From NCBI GenBank assembly GCA_964057225.1, contig OZ059897.1, positions 16,802,001 through 16,866,000 of the forward strand: DNA of 64,000 bases, in the 5' to 3' direction. Positions 27,468 to 41,149 of the stretch are shown in pieces. The notes beneath the pieces are model-generated. The model ran no database searches. It was not told the DNA's origin and saw only the letters and a program-made list of their open reading frames with translations. Made by a program: the position numbers and the translations under genes. Source of the stretch: Auanema rhodensis. Taxonomy: Eukaryota; Animalia; Nematoda. The stretch's first letter is position 1; each line of letters begins with the position of its first letter.

Positions 27468-27877
27468 TCAGTTAGCAGCAGAGTTTCTTGGCTTAGGGGT
27501 GGTACCCTCACGGAAACCGTTTCTGAAAAAAAACTAATATTACCGACGCCTAACAAAAATTATTGAATAAATAAAGGAAAATTAATATAAAAATTTAAAA
27601 TATGCAAAAAAGAAATATTAGGCTTAGTTATTCTTTATATATGAAATACAAACCTGAATCTGCGTTGGACCTGCTTCAAGTGACGCATGCGTCCAGTTCC
27701 AGTAGTACGTCTGCGGATAGACTTAGCTCCCCAGTTGTAAGTTCTCTTCTTAGCATCTGGGAATCCACAGGAAGCGCATCTTTTCTTCTGGATGTGGAAG
27801 GAAGATCTTCCGCATCTCTTGCACAGAGTGTGAGATTTCACGTGCTTCTTACCGAAGGCCTGTGTACCCTTAGTCAT
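27468..27877 (-). CDS. rpl-37: 60S ribosomal protein L37 (eL37)
   Basis: [40 protein letters not shown] (C4 zinc finger); exons 27654-27877 and 27468-27522 ([17 protein letters not shown]). Confidence 0.97.
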
Positions 27878-28399
27878 CTACAAAAATAAAAAAAATAAAC
27901 AGCATCATAAATATATTTAAGAATCACAAGAAATCATCAAACATTAAAAAAAAATTTATATTAGGACATTCTACCTATTGGAACTGCTGAAACTTTTTTC
28001 TTAAATAAATACTTCATAAATAAGACACCATTTCATTCAAGTATATCATACAACAAAAATAACAAAGAACCTAGAAATTCAAAAACAATTTAGGTAAACC
28101 TCAAAAAGAATTAAAAATCTGAAAATTTTTACATTCTAAAGACTACTAGTACTGTAGATGAATAACGCGCTTTGAGACCATTATAATTTTTAACCCTTTA
28201 ATTTAGCAACTGGGCGCCGTTTCAACGTTATCGTATTTTAAGAATTAAAAAACAAAGGTAATTAATATAACTTTTTGAAACAAAAGAAGCATATATTACT
28301 GCACTAACGTAAATTGAATTGGTAATTGTTCACATAGTTTTCTTTTTTGAAGATATGCAGAGAAAAACATACATCTTTATATAAAGGATATATATAAGG

Positions 28400-28405
<6 letters not shown>

Positions 28406-28438
<33 letters not shown>
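28406..28438. repeat. (AT)n microsatellite
   Basis: Pure AT dinucleotide run between rpl-37 and the protease gene. Confidence 0.95.
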
Positions 28439-28440
<2 letters not shown>

Positions 28441-28618
28441 TTTACTCGAGAAAAAATATTGGGATATCTGATATTCTTTTGCTTTCATATTAATAACTTA
28501 AATTTATATAATGTTAAAAATCAATTCAACTTTTTTCCAAATGGAAATCATTATGTTTGAACAGTTGGATTAGAATTGTCACATATCCTCTTAAATATTA
28601 TCCACATATTCCTTTCGA

Positions 28619-30762
28619 ATGCGCTTAATAAGCTTGATTCTTTTTTTTTCTGTGCAACAAGGTTTGTAAGTTTCTAATTTATTCTTTTGGAATATGTATT
28701 AAGCGACGGGGTTTTTAAGTTCAATGTTGCCGAGATGGAGTATACTGTAATGAAATTTTAAATATTCGATTTCCTAGTATCAGGAAGGAAAAAAAATGCG
28801 ATATGTGGGTTTTAATGTTGACTCCAGATTTATTCCCGGTATGTCCCATACCCTTACTTTATTGTTTAAAAGTTTATTCAGAGAGAAATAGCCGTAAAGC
28901 CTGAGAATCGTTTGATTACATCCTCATATTGTCCAAAATCGTGTGTATCTTGTCCCAAAAGTGTGCCCAGAAATGAAAAAGAACTTGAAGGGATCTATAA
29001 CAATGATTCCACCTTCAAAAACTTGATAAATATATTCCAAAATGAAGGTGCTGATTTGAATATTCTTTTTTTTTTCATAAACAGTTTAGGTTACAATTTG
29101 AGCACGGTAGAAGCTCTAGAGAGATATGATCTCTTCACGACGAAAAAAAAACTTGTGGATGATCATAATAAGAAGTTTAAATCAGGATTGTCAGCATACA
29201 AAATGTCTTTGAATTCCTTTAGTATAATGGTTTGAGTAGAATATGTTTTAATAAAATTCGTTTTTCTTCAGAAAACAAATGAAACTCCCCCTAATGCGTT
29301 GCATATTGATATACCAGCTACAGTTATGAGTAAAGAAGAAATAGAAACCATATTAAAAAAAAGACACAAAAGAGCTGTCAACAATATTGATTGGAGATTT
29401 TTAATGCGAAATGTTTCTGATCAAGTTCAGCGTACACGCCTTATTTGATTATAATATCTCTGCTTTTAGAAAACGTGTGGAGGTTGTTGGGCTTTTGCTA
29501 TAAATGCAGCTGTCGAAGGATTTTTGAACAAATCTGGTACAATGATGAAGCTGAACATCAATATATATATTAGAACAAATGCATTGTTTTAAGGTATTCC
29601 TCTGGATGATTCAATCTCTGTTCAACAATTATTGGATTGTGATAGAAATATAAGTTCTGAGTACAATTTAAAAAATCAAGGATGTAGTGGTGGATACTTC
29701 CAAGTTAGTATCCTGCATTACTACCTAAACAAACTTAAATATTTTTTTTTTCAGATCGCAGCAGATTTTTTAACGAAAACCGGAATAACTTCTTCTGCCG
29801 AATACTCATTTAAGGAAAATGTGCGTAAAATAATAATACGGATAATGATATATTAAAACAAATGCTTGTTTAGAGTTATGGAATATGTCAAGTGAAAACT
29901 CCTCCAATCGCTCCCAAAATAAAGCGTTTTGATAGTGGATTCGTGAATGTTAACAGCACTGATGGAATTGAAGCACTGAATAAAGTATTTTGAAATCTAT
30001 TGATAGCGTAATTCAAAAATATTTAGTTGATGGAAGAAAAAGTTTCACGTGGCCCTGTTGCTGTTGGAATGGCCGTAAGTGATGAAATCTATCAATACGG
30101 AGAAGGTTGGTAGTAATAAAGAATGCTAATCTCTTTGATTTCAAAGGAATATTTGATGGGTCCTGTGGGAAAACGATAAACCATGCTGTAGTACTGGTTG
30201 GGTATACCAATGATTATTGGATTGTTAGGAATAGGTTGTTTCCCGGAATAAGGACTTATCTAAAATAGTTTTCAGCTGGGGTCCTAATTGGGGAGAGAAC
30301 GGACATATTAAGGTGAAGAGATATACAGGGAAAGACCCTTGTCAATTAACACGGTACTGGAGTCAACCAATTGAAGTTGGTGAATGGGATACTCCCGTGC
30401 TGCCGGATGGGACATTTATTAATAACGATGACGAAATCAATGGTCCCAATCTTGATTGTGATGGCTGTCCGATATGTGAATGCGAAGAAGAAGATGATGA
30501 TGATGACGACGAATGGTAAAGGTAAATGCCATTCGCCCTGCAATGTTTTCTTTTAAGGGAACTTTCTGATGAACAACCTTTGATTGTGATCAAATCTATT
30601 ACTCAACAACCCCAAATAACATCAACAAAATTTGAAGAGACTCATGTCATTATGGAATCAACTTCAGCTCAATCAATAAATAATGCTAAAGTTAAAAATC
30701 ATAATAAAGCAAAACCATATCGGAATATCAACAAATTGTCCAAGATATTACGAAGATATTAA
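28619..30762 (+). CDS. Secreted papain-family (C1A, cathepsin L-like) cysteine protease with I29-like prodomain and long C-terminal extension
   Basis: Signal-like [14 protein letters not shown]; prodomain ...VDDHNKKF...YKMSLNSFS; mature IDWR, catalytic [50 protein letters not shown]. The last exon (~30558-30762) is in phase and its stop overlaps AATAAA. The 5' exon structure is uncertain. Confidence 0.85.
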
Positions 30763-31278
30763 TAAATTTGTTGTTGTTCACTCTAATTTTACTTCAGCAT
30801 AAAGTTCGGTGTTAATTAGAATCTAAAACATATCAACAAGCACGAAGATTTTTGAAACGATTCCTTGGTTAAAAATAAAATTTAAATGTCTTATTATATA
30901 AAGAATGTGTAATATTTCATAACATTTTTTTCAAAGCTATGGCTTTGGGTTCAAAATAGTAATCTGAGAAGACAAAGATATTTCTAAATCACAGACCATT
31001 TTTTTGCGTATTTTTTGCTTAGGAATTCAAAGTATCCTCAACAAGGATTAGCCTGGTAAACCAAGTTATTTTGTGTATGGGTAACCTTCCAACTTTAAAA
31101 TAAAAGTATTATTGCAGTGTTTCAGTAAATATTTAAGCGTATAAAATGTATTATTTCTGTTTCGTTTATGTCAAATTGTTGCTTTACAGTTAAACTAATT
31201 TCTTCGTTTTACGACATTGTTCCTTTTAGTTGGAGCTTCAGCAGTCTTTGTTTCAACGATAGTAGTAATTTTCAGATC

Positions 31279-32624
31279 ATGTCTGATGGTAATGTACCGC
31301 AAGCTTATTGGAAAAGTTTACTTGAGTTGTCCACCGGAGCAACAGCTTCAGGAGAAAGCCTTAATGTTCCGTCAACAAGTGGTGAAGCCCCAACCACCAT
31401 GACTGAAGACGTATATAATTTCTTATTTATTTATTTCAATTTTAATTCAGAACAAGGATTGGCTGGAAGATGTGATGGCTGATTTAGTAAAGAAAACTGA
31501 TCCATCAAAACAACTTAGTATGAATATTTAATTTTATTCATAATTGTATTAAATATTTTAGGTCTAGCTTTGAGTACTCTAAATGAACTTATGAAAATTG
31601 ATAATGTTACAGATGAAGTGAATTCTCGGATAGAGGTTTGTAAAATTTAAGAAGTGATCTAAAATGTTTGAAACCAATCTTTTAACAGGAGGTGGGAAAT
31701 GCTCTTTGTGATCTTCTTCTTTTTGCTGACCTAACTCATAAATTCGCTAGTGAAGGAGGGTTTGAAGCTGTTACTCATTTTATGGTACGTTGTTTTCTTG
31801 TTTCAATCAAGTTTATTATATTAAAGGCTCCTAAATTTCCTGTTGGAATCCAAGTTCTTTATGGCGATATTATTCTTACTTTAGCAGATAATAATCCTCC
31901 TGCCCAAGAGGTTTTTGATTTCTATTAATTATCATATTTATAATTATCCAGGCAATTTCTAAATTTGGACTACTAGAGCAAATGGTTGAAGTAGTTCAGG
32001 ATGTCTCTCGTGAAAAAGTAAGTTTGAATGAATTGGCTTTTGCTTATTGTTTTTAGGCTTTTCGTCTAAAACTGCTTGGAGCCATTGGTGCTTGTGTTAG
32101 ATCTCATGAACCATCACTCGAGTACGATTTTTCTGAGCAGTTAGAGTTTAAAACCATTATTTAAGAAAGTTCATGTCCATTGAAGGCAATAAAAAATTGG
32201 CATCACTATTCAAAGATAAAGAAGTCGATATCGCCATGAAAGCTGCCAGAATTATTTGTACCATTGCTTTTACTTATTCAGATTCGAGTAAACGATTATA
32301 TTTTTTTCTCTTATATTCGAATGTTTTCAGAGAAAAATCACGATAAATTGTTTGTAGAAGTATGCGATGGGTACATCACAGCTTTATCGCGTGGAAAAGA
32401 AGGTGGAGGAAGTGAAGTTGAATATATAAGGTATATTAATTTAAAGATTTTTTTAAGTTTATTTAGTCTAAATTAAATGTATTTTTTTCAGAGATTTTAT
32501 TGTGACTTCCATGAAAAGTAAAAGTAAAATTGAGGTAATCTTACGTGACTTACTTCATAAAAATTATCACAAAGAAAAAGCTGAAAAATTAAGTGATATT
32601 ATTAAAACGTTAAGTCAGTTATAA
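31279..32624 (+). CDS. HSPBP1/Fes1-like Hsp70 nucleotide exchange factor (armadillo-like)
   Basis: ATG after TTTTCAG; YWKSLLELS...MTEDNKDWLEDVM resembles the HSPBP1 N-terminal pattern; FASEGGF, LADNNPPAQE and KLLGAIGACVRSH match Fes1/HSPBP1 motifs; TAA at 32622-32624. Confidence 0.7.
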
Positions 32625-33847
32625 TTTTTTATGTCAATTATTTTATATTATTGATAGTATGTTGTTGTTATTGTTGATATATGAATTTTTTTTTACTGCG
32701 TGCTTTCTACTTTTTTATTTTTTCTCAATTTCTACTTTTATTATGATATTCTTTTTTTAAATATTTTTTGAATTTGGCATGAACTAATTTTTTCAAGAGA
32801 TATTTCAGTAAAGAAAGGTTATTTTTTCAGTTAATTGTTCCATTACGTGTTCAAAACTCTAATTGAAACAATCATTTGGCATTGTAGACGATAAAAACGG
32901 AAAGGCTTATGATCCAAAATTGGAGAGATCATCTACATGCTTGAGTACTGGAAAGATAAAATAAAAATCGCGGTTTTAAGCCATATCTTAATCTATCCTT
33001 TCTCTTTTCTGCTTACTTCTATCTCTCATTTATTCTCCATTTTTCTCTTTTTCTTATGCTTTGTGATTAGGAACAAGCAACACCACATCAGAACAAGGTT
33101 CCATTGGCAAATGTTCCATTCGGCCAATTGGTTAAGTGGTCATCAATGTTATTATATGATGATGGATAACAAGATTTCTTGCACCATTTTCTTAACAACC
33201 TTGACTTATTCTTATTTTTTAAATTTCAATAGTTATTTCTCTTTTTATTAATTTTTATTACCTATTCTAAAGATCAGCCCTTTTGGATGCACTACAATTT
33301 GGATGATAATGTCACGATAAGTTGAATTATCATTCATTATCTGCTTTAAAACTAAACTTGTTACCAATCATCTTCGACAAAAAGTCTCATAGTCTGACCT
33401 CTTCTGTATGTGTACCATTTTTTCTTTTCTGCTTTGATAGCTAGCAGAGTGAGAATGTTTCCTTTTATCTATCTTTTTAGTGTTCTGTCCGATTTCATTC
33501 AATCCTACAGCTGAACCAGCTTCTAAATCGTCTCCTTTCCTTCTTATCCTAACTAGTACTAGCTACTACTGTCTCAAATCATTGGAAGAACATTACAACA
33601 CTTGTTTCGAAAAAAACTTCCTCCCTTACTGCCCACACGAACCAACAGTTGGTCACACTATCTTGCTCGCAGTTCTTGCTTTCCTTAAATTCTGATTTTT
33701 AAATAGATATTGTTTATTTACCTGTAATGTTTTTTTTGTATTTCAGTTTCTTTTTTGTTAAGACTTCATACGATCATGGTCTTTTACAGCTTTTTGCAGA
33801 CTCTTTCTTCGTCAATCTTTCTCTCAAGTTTATGTTTCGGATAATAG

Positions 33848-36800
33848 ATGGTATCACTTTCCACCTCTGATTTAGCAGCCACTATGCTAGTTGCCAGTGT
33901 TAGTTGACCGCTTCAAAATATTTCTGGAAATTTTTCTGTGGTTAAATCAAAAACATTCTTTGCAGCCTTTTGGCCTGATGGAATGGCCACGCATGTGTTG
34001 TTCTTCTGTAGCTCCTTCTACGGCCAATACGAAATCTGTTGCATCTGGATGCAAAACCGAAAATGATAGTATGTTTTTAAAATAATTGAATATAATCTCA
34101 TATCATGCTGTGATTCATCTAAAAAAGTATCAATTTTTAGTACGAAACAAACTGGGAAGGAATTACAATCCAGGAAGACCGCTAGCTTTGAGTGTTCGAC
34201 AGCGGATTTTAGATCTTCACGAAAAAGGACATAAGATAACACATATAGCAAGAATGATTGGGGTGACCCACAGCTGTGTTTCAAAAATTATGAGCAAGTA
34301 TGTTTTTTTTCTTTTCATAGAAACTTGATCTTAGCTCGTTTGTATTAGTAACTCCAATGAAAGATTTCAATATCATTCAGTGAATGATTCCTTGTTATCA
34401 AATGATTTTTTTCAGTTTTGAGTAATAGGGAACTCTTTCATCTGTATACTTTTCCTAAGATTATTTGCTTCGTCTAGTTTATGAATGAAAAAAAGCTTAA
34501 AAGTGGCGAAAACTTGAAGACTCCATGAATCATGAACTATTCACGTTAGAAAGGTGCTAGAATCAAACACGTAACATCAAGTACTAAGCCCGTTCCTTAA
34601 TATGTTGATCTTTATCTTATCTAGAATCTATTGTTTACTTTTATTCTTTTCAAAAACAATTTTCAACCTGTGTTGGGCTTGAAGTTCTAGTGAATGTGCA
34701 AAACACTCATTAGTTTAATAGGATTTCAACCGGCGATGTTCAACAAAAATGATAACCAGATATATTCAATATTTATAGAATATTTATCTAAAATTATATT
34801 GAAAACTTTTTGAGTGACTATTAAGTTAATTTAAAAAACAGGAGGAAATCTGCAAAAGTTTTTCTTCAACTTTTCTATAATTAGTGTTCTTCCTATAGAA
34901 AGAATAACCTCATTTCACCTGTAAACCAAACAAAAACCTAAACTTGAAGTGCAGAAAAGTTGCGATTTGAAACACAACTTTCAATAATTCAAAGTTTTTT
35001 CGTTGATGAATTTATTAAGTTTTGTGAGTATAAAAGTAAAAATTAAACAGTTACATTTTTGACTTAAAGCTTTACTGTAAAAAAGTAAAAACGGTTTTGA
35101 ACGAAGAAGGAAATATTAAAAGTTATAAATAATTTTGTGAAACAACCATTAATTTATAATATCGGTTTTTAAAAGTCATTTTTCTCTTCTTTTGAAATTA
35201 AATGTATGCAACTTTTCATCCAGACATTATGAATGACGACTAACTTTTTGAAGATTATGATCTTAAAATTTAAAATTAGAAAATATTAAGTTTAACTATT
35301 TTTTTTCTTTTTAGAGGATAGTTTAGAAAATGCTCGGTCCCTGAGGATTAAATCATTTATACTTTCAAATGTTCTGCTCTCTATGTTTCACATGACACAG
35401 CTGTCTAGAGTATGGTAACTTGTCTAACTGATTTCCCGACACCTTTTCTTTTTCGTGTTCCTGTTATATTCATGTCAAAGATTTGTTTTTCTGATTAGCA
35501 AAACGTCTTCAAAGAATGACGTTAAAAGGCAAGAAAATACCGACAAATGAAGACAGAAATAACAGAAGAGTTTCGAAAACGATAAGGAAAGGAATACTAA
35601 GACAAAGGAGGTTCTAAGAGAAGAGGAACTGTTACTCTCTATGGCTTCCAACAAACATAACTATGATCCCTCCATTTGTCTCGTATCGAAAATACACTAA
35701 TGAAATGGAGTAACCATCTAAATCACTATCTCATCATCTCACCATCTTCATCATTTTCATAATTATCATTTTCAACATCATTTTCGTTGATGATTTATAT
35801 CACAGATTCTCATATACAAAGTAAATCAATCTATCGTCTACTACTTCCACTTTTGTTTTTGGGAAAAATAACCTACCGTAGTTTGTCCATGATTCGTTCC
35901 ACAGTCGAAATATTAGAAGAAGAACTTTAATTTCCTTTCAAATATTTTCTTTCCTTCTTCTATATCCCTTCAACAGAATTAAGTATTCCTTTTTGCGTTT
36001 TTCAGAAATAAAAATCCCTCTAAAAAAAAGTTTTTCGAGACAGCTATTGGCTGCTTATACTATCCTGTAAAACCGAAATTGTTGACGTTGGACAGTCACC
36101 ATGAAAAATAGTCTACATCATCGATTCTTCTCCAGAAATATCACATTCACGAAGAGAGATGAACAGTATAGAAAAGAGCAATTCACAGTTACCATTGAAC
36201 AGATAAAGTTATTTTTCATTTTATCCTATTCAAAGGGACATTTTTGCTTGAAATCAAACGCAGATTCCTTTACTTCTGAATTCAAATATGCTTGTTATCC
36301 CGAGAGAGAAAGAACAGGAGACTGAGTTTCGAGTTTATGAGAGACTATATCCGGGAAACAAGCTAGAAACATTATTTGGCAAGAAATGGCTACTGCTCTT
36401 GCTAGAATGATGTATAGCCTTCCAAATCTAGCTTTTCGATGCTGTTCACTTGCCTTTTTTCCGGTGTCAAATCAACATATTTACTGAATCTGCAATGAAC
36501 AAATAAACAGCCTGTTAGCAGTGTATTTCTGAGATTTCAAACGAATGAGCGACCAGATATTGTGTTCATACAATCTGTTGAGAGAGAGAGAGAGAAAGAA
36601 GGGGGGAGTAGGGGGGTGGTTGATCAAAATCCCTAAAACTAATTGCTTTCAATGACGTATTCTAAGTTATCAAGCGAACAAATGACAACATGGCGAAAGA
36701 AGAAAAATTTTTAGTTCATATAATTCAAAAAAGCAGAGGAAACCATGAGAGTAAGACGGATAGAGTAAGGAAAAGCGAGAGAATGTTAGCAAATGTAAGA

Positions 36801-38414
36801 AAAAAGGAAACAGAGAAAAGAGGGTTTAGGGCTGGGATGTCTGCTGAACTAAAGTACGCATCTCCGGAGAAGCATGTGGAATCATGTGACTCGGACTTCA
36901 TTGAAGTCTCGGCCTGACAACTTTCCTTCCTCTGGACTTCTTCAAACCTCTGGTCTTTCACTAAATACTTTTTGTGCGTGTTGGCTACTTGCTAGAGAAA
37001 AGAAAGTAGAATAACAAAAAATGTTAACATTGAAACAATATATGTATATGGGATAAAACATGAAAGGATCCCTATAATTAGACATTTGTTTGTTCTATTG
37101 AAGTTAAGGATTATACAATTCAAATTGACAAATGATGTGCCACCTCCAGGTGCTACAGCTGATAGTAGATTACCCTCTGAAAGCAAACAGAACTGTGGTT
37201 AAAAACAAGTTCTTTGTCGGGTACTTCTTATACATTCTCTGTCTCAAAATTTCTATTTTGTACATTTCTTTATATTATCCTGAACTTTTGAAGCTGTTCC
37301 GTTTTTCTTTACTCTCTTTTTTTAAGTAAAGGCAATGCTCTTTCTTTCAGATATAAACAGACTGGGTCTGTAATACCACGCGGTTCTCGGCAGTATGAAG
37401 CAGCTAATGATCTCATTCGATTCATGGAGAGCCCTTCCAAAATTCTGGATAGTACAGCTCCGATTGATGATATAACAAACACTGTGAGTCAGAATGATGA
37501 TCATAAAGTTCTTATCCGGTATTCCCAACCAATTCAAAGCAATTTCAGTCAGTTTTTCAAAGAGTATTTCCGATGAAAAAAACAGAGAAAGTTTCTAGAT
37601 GAATCCATGATAATTCACATATTAAATTTACTATTTCCCATATAGATGACGACGGACTCAGTAATAACTTCTGCGGGGACACACGTACAGCCTCAGCCAG
37701 TTTCTGAAAAATTGTTCAGCAAATCACTGAGGAACGAACAGAAAAACAGTGCACCCTTGGAATATTCAATAGAAAGGTAAAAGATTTGAGATTTTCTCTA
37801 TTCTCTGATGGTATTTGACGAAGAAAGAGAACTAAGAGATAAAGATAGCAAAGTTAAAATAACCTAATCCAGATCATATTCGAATTTTTACATAACAAAC
37901 ATATGCAAGAAATGAAGAAAATAAGAAAATAATTGCACAATACTAAGTTAAATATTCAATTATATTATCAAATTGTTCTAAATATATTGTTCTACTTTGC
38001 TGAAGTTCAACCTGTTATTTTAGAGCTAGCTTGAGTATATTTGTGTATAATTAAGCTTTTAAAGTTTCTTGATGCATAACATATTAATTTTCTCAGATTA
38101 TGCACTTTTTCCAGCAAAATAATGCACTCTCTTATTCGTTCTTTCTCTTTCTCATCAAATCTACCCAACCTATATGTGTATGGTGTATAAGAGTATGGTT
38201 GGTGACATAGCAACGAAAAGCTGAAGTGAAGAGTTCTAGTAGTCAATCAGTCTATTTAAATTGTTTTTTCTCTTTTTCTCTCCAAATTTCACTTATTCGC
38301 ATGATTTCGCTACAACTCTTTTCTTTCTCTAATCCATATCTCAGCATATTTCAAAAGCCAAAGAAATCATTAGCCAATTCTAATAATCTATCTCTTTCCA
38401 GACTGCTAGCCTAG
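33848..38414 (+). CDS. npax-1: NPAX protein: PAI half of the paired domain plus C-terminal octapeptide/eh1-like motif
   Basis: RNKLGRNYNPGRPLALSVRQRILDL...IARMIGVTHSCVSKIMSK (34141-34297) continues YKQTGSVIPR at 37351 after a ~3 kb intron; no RED subdomain or homeodomain; ends YSIERLLA*. The paralogue assignment is from memory and is less certain than the family. Confidence 0.75.
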
Positions 38415-41149
38415 CAACTAGCCAATGCTCTCGAGATCGATGCCACATGCTTCCAAGCACGCAGCTCTAATTCTGCATAAGGCGAGGAAGTTGCGACTTC
38501 ACACAACTTGAAAGCAGCTCCTCCCATGAAAATCTCTCGGAGACAAAAATGGGATACTCCAAAAAATGTGACAACTTTAATTTATTTTGTTTTTTTTTAT
38601 TTTTAAGATAGTATCTATTCCAGACCCAACTTATTTATGAAATATTATTCATTTAATATGTTTGATGTGTATATACAAACTTTGCTCTCTTTCTTTGCTA
38701 TTTATTTCTTTTCTTTTGGCCTTTTCTTTTCTGTCTTTCTAACGCCCTCCTCCATTCATTTCATGCATCTCCATAGCCCTGCTCTCTATTCACCATGGCG
38801 TACTCCAGCATATCTTTCTCTTATTCCTATTTTCTTTGGGCTCTCCCATTCTTTCTTTTTCCTTCGCACATCCTCCTCATTTCATGTTGAATCTCGTTTT
38901 CTCATTTTTAGTTTCAATCATTTTCAGATATTTCTTATGAAACATCATATGTGTTCTTTTATCTTGCTGATTGAGATTATGAGAGATAACCAAAAAACAC
39001 CTCATACACTTTCGATAGAAAACTGCTAGTGTTCACCTCACCAGAAGATATTGTTCAACTAGCATACCGATAGACAAGATTTCAAAGCAGAAAAAATTAA
39101 AAGCATTTGGGAGAGAACCATCCAGTTAGAAATAGAGATAGAAAAGAAAAGGAATGAGAAATAGAGCAGGAGGGAGAGAGCAGCGTTCAAGAGAGAAAGA
39201 CGGACTTGTATCTTTAAGCTCTTCCAGATTACCAGTCCAGTCATCCACTGCAAGCTTTCCCTTCATCTCTTTTTATTTCCCCCCTTCATTCCTCCTGTCT
39301 CATAGTCTGCTTCATCATTCCTCTGTTTCGCTTCAATTGGACTAGCTTCTTCCTTTGTTTAGTTCATCGTTGTCATTTTTCTTATCTATCTTCACTCACT
39401 TTTTCATCATAAAGCATCTATATATCAGTTATATCTTTCATATAAATATACATACATGATTATGAGTATACATAATAATCCCTTCATAGCTATATTTATA
39501 CATATATTTTTTTAGAAAACAAGACATAGAACGTATAAGATCAAAAGCCACATATTAAGAAACAATATATCTGATGCTATAATCGAATATCATTTTAAAC
39601 GAGCATTAATTTCTCTTCTCTCTTTCTTTCTTCCCCTCTTCTCTCCATCCCTCTCTCATTCCCTTCTTTTACTATTCATAATGCTGTGAGCAGCAATAGC
39701 AGTTACATCGAGTCTTGTATGGTCACTGATGAGTTGTCTCTCCATTTTCATTACTCTCTCATCTTTATCCCTTTCTCTTCTCTCTCTTTTCTCTTTTACT
39801 CTCTGATTACCCTTCATTCTCTGCTATAATGCTTCAATCCTACTGTTCTCGTCACTTTTTTCTGGTATTTCTTTTGTTATTATATTATATAATTTTTTGT
39901 ATATTTCCTACTCTTTCACCACCTTCACAAATTCAAATGAACCAAGACGGCTAAATGGAGTTTTTGTCATTCACTCAGCATTTTCCTAATCAATTGTGGG
40001 CAATGGGTTTTCTTTTCAACTTTATGCTCTAAGTTACTAAACGCATTTAAGTCGATTTTCTAAAGAAATAAAACGTTCATCAAGATAAGTTGTAATTTTG
40101 TAAAAAAAAATGCGATAGGAATAGGATATATGAAATGAGAGGGTGGTAAAATGAATGAATTAGGAAGGAAGAAATATGGAGACGAAATTTGAAAAGAAGG
40201 CAAGGAAAAAAGAAGAGTTTTTGATGAGAGAACGTGAAGAGACAAGACAATTCTTTGTTTTCTGGTCCATATGACTTCGAGCAACAAATGGGAAAACACA
40301 GAGAAGCTCCTATTCATTGCCCTTGGCATTGGTATGACATATAGGGCAATATATTGAAATTCGATACACACTAGGACCGCCGAAAGGGTATACTTTTTGG
40401 GTTTGTTGCTAATAAATATAAAACATTTTGATGGAGATGCTGAAAAGAGAATGCTATTTTAATTACATGCTGGATTTTCTGTTCTGACTTTTTTGTCTTT
40501 CCAACCAGTTAGAGCCGCTTAACCACACCATTTAAATTAAGCATTACATCTGGCTCACATTACGTCACACTGCACAATTGATTTTAAAGTGTAGAAACAC
40601 TAAAAATCAATGTTGAATGTCATATTTGAGTATATAAGCTTACATATTTCTGATGCCTACCTGGTTATACATTTCCTGCTCTAACATATTCGAAATGTAT
40701 ATAATCTGAATATTAAATTCATGTTATTTGTATATTCGTATTACTTAATTTCATAAGCTGTAAATTTTTGTTCTTCTTTAATTTTACTTATTGATAAGAT
40801 CTTAGGGCTTTTATACTTAGTTCACTTGTAACACGAGCTTTGGGATCAATATTGTTAAAACATCACCAGTTACACCTATACATACAAACAGACACACACG
40901 TACACTAACTCATTCTTCTTCCCAGAGTTATCTATCAGGTCACTTTAGCTATTGGGGCATTTGACGTCTTTTTCTTTATATAATCAGGCATGGAACTGAA
41001 AACTACTAGTAAATTCTTAAAACACTCAGTCCACGCTACACGATGAGTTGCAAATTTGTTAAGAATCATCATAGTACTAATAACTAATATGTTTCATTAT
41101 GTACACAATAATATTAACTTTTTCAAATTAATTTTTGAAAAAAAAATCA

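Noticed and set aside
36580-36620. (GA)n plus G-runs in the npax intron as a G-quadruplex or regulatory element
   Set aside because: Low-complexity sequence with only two long G-tracts and no other support.
38637-40371. Hydrophobic Phe/Leu/Ser-rich ORFs (38637-39029, 39059-39253, 40060-40371)
   Set aside because: Expected by-products of CT-rich non-coding DNA; no motifs or coherent splice structure.
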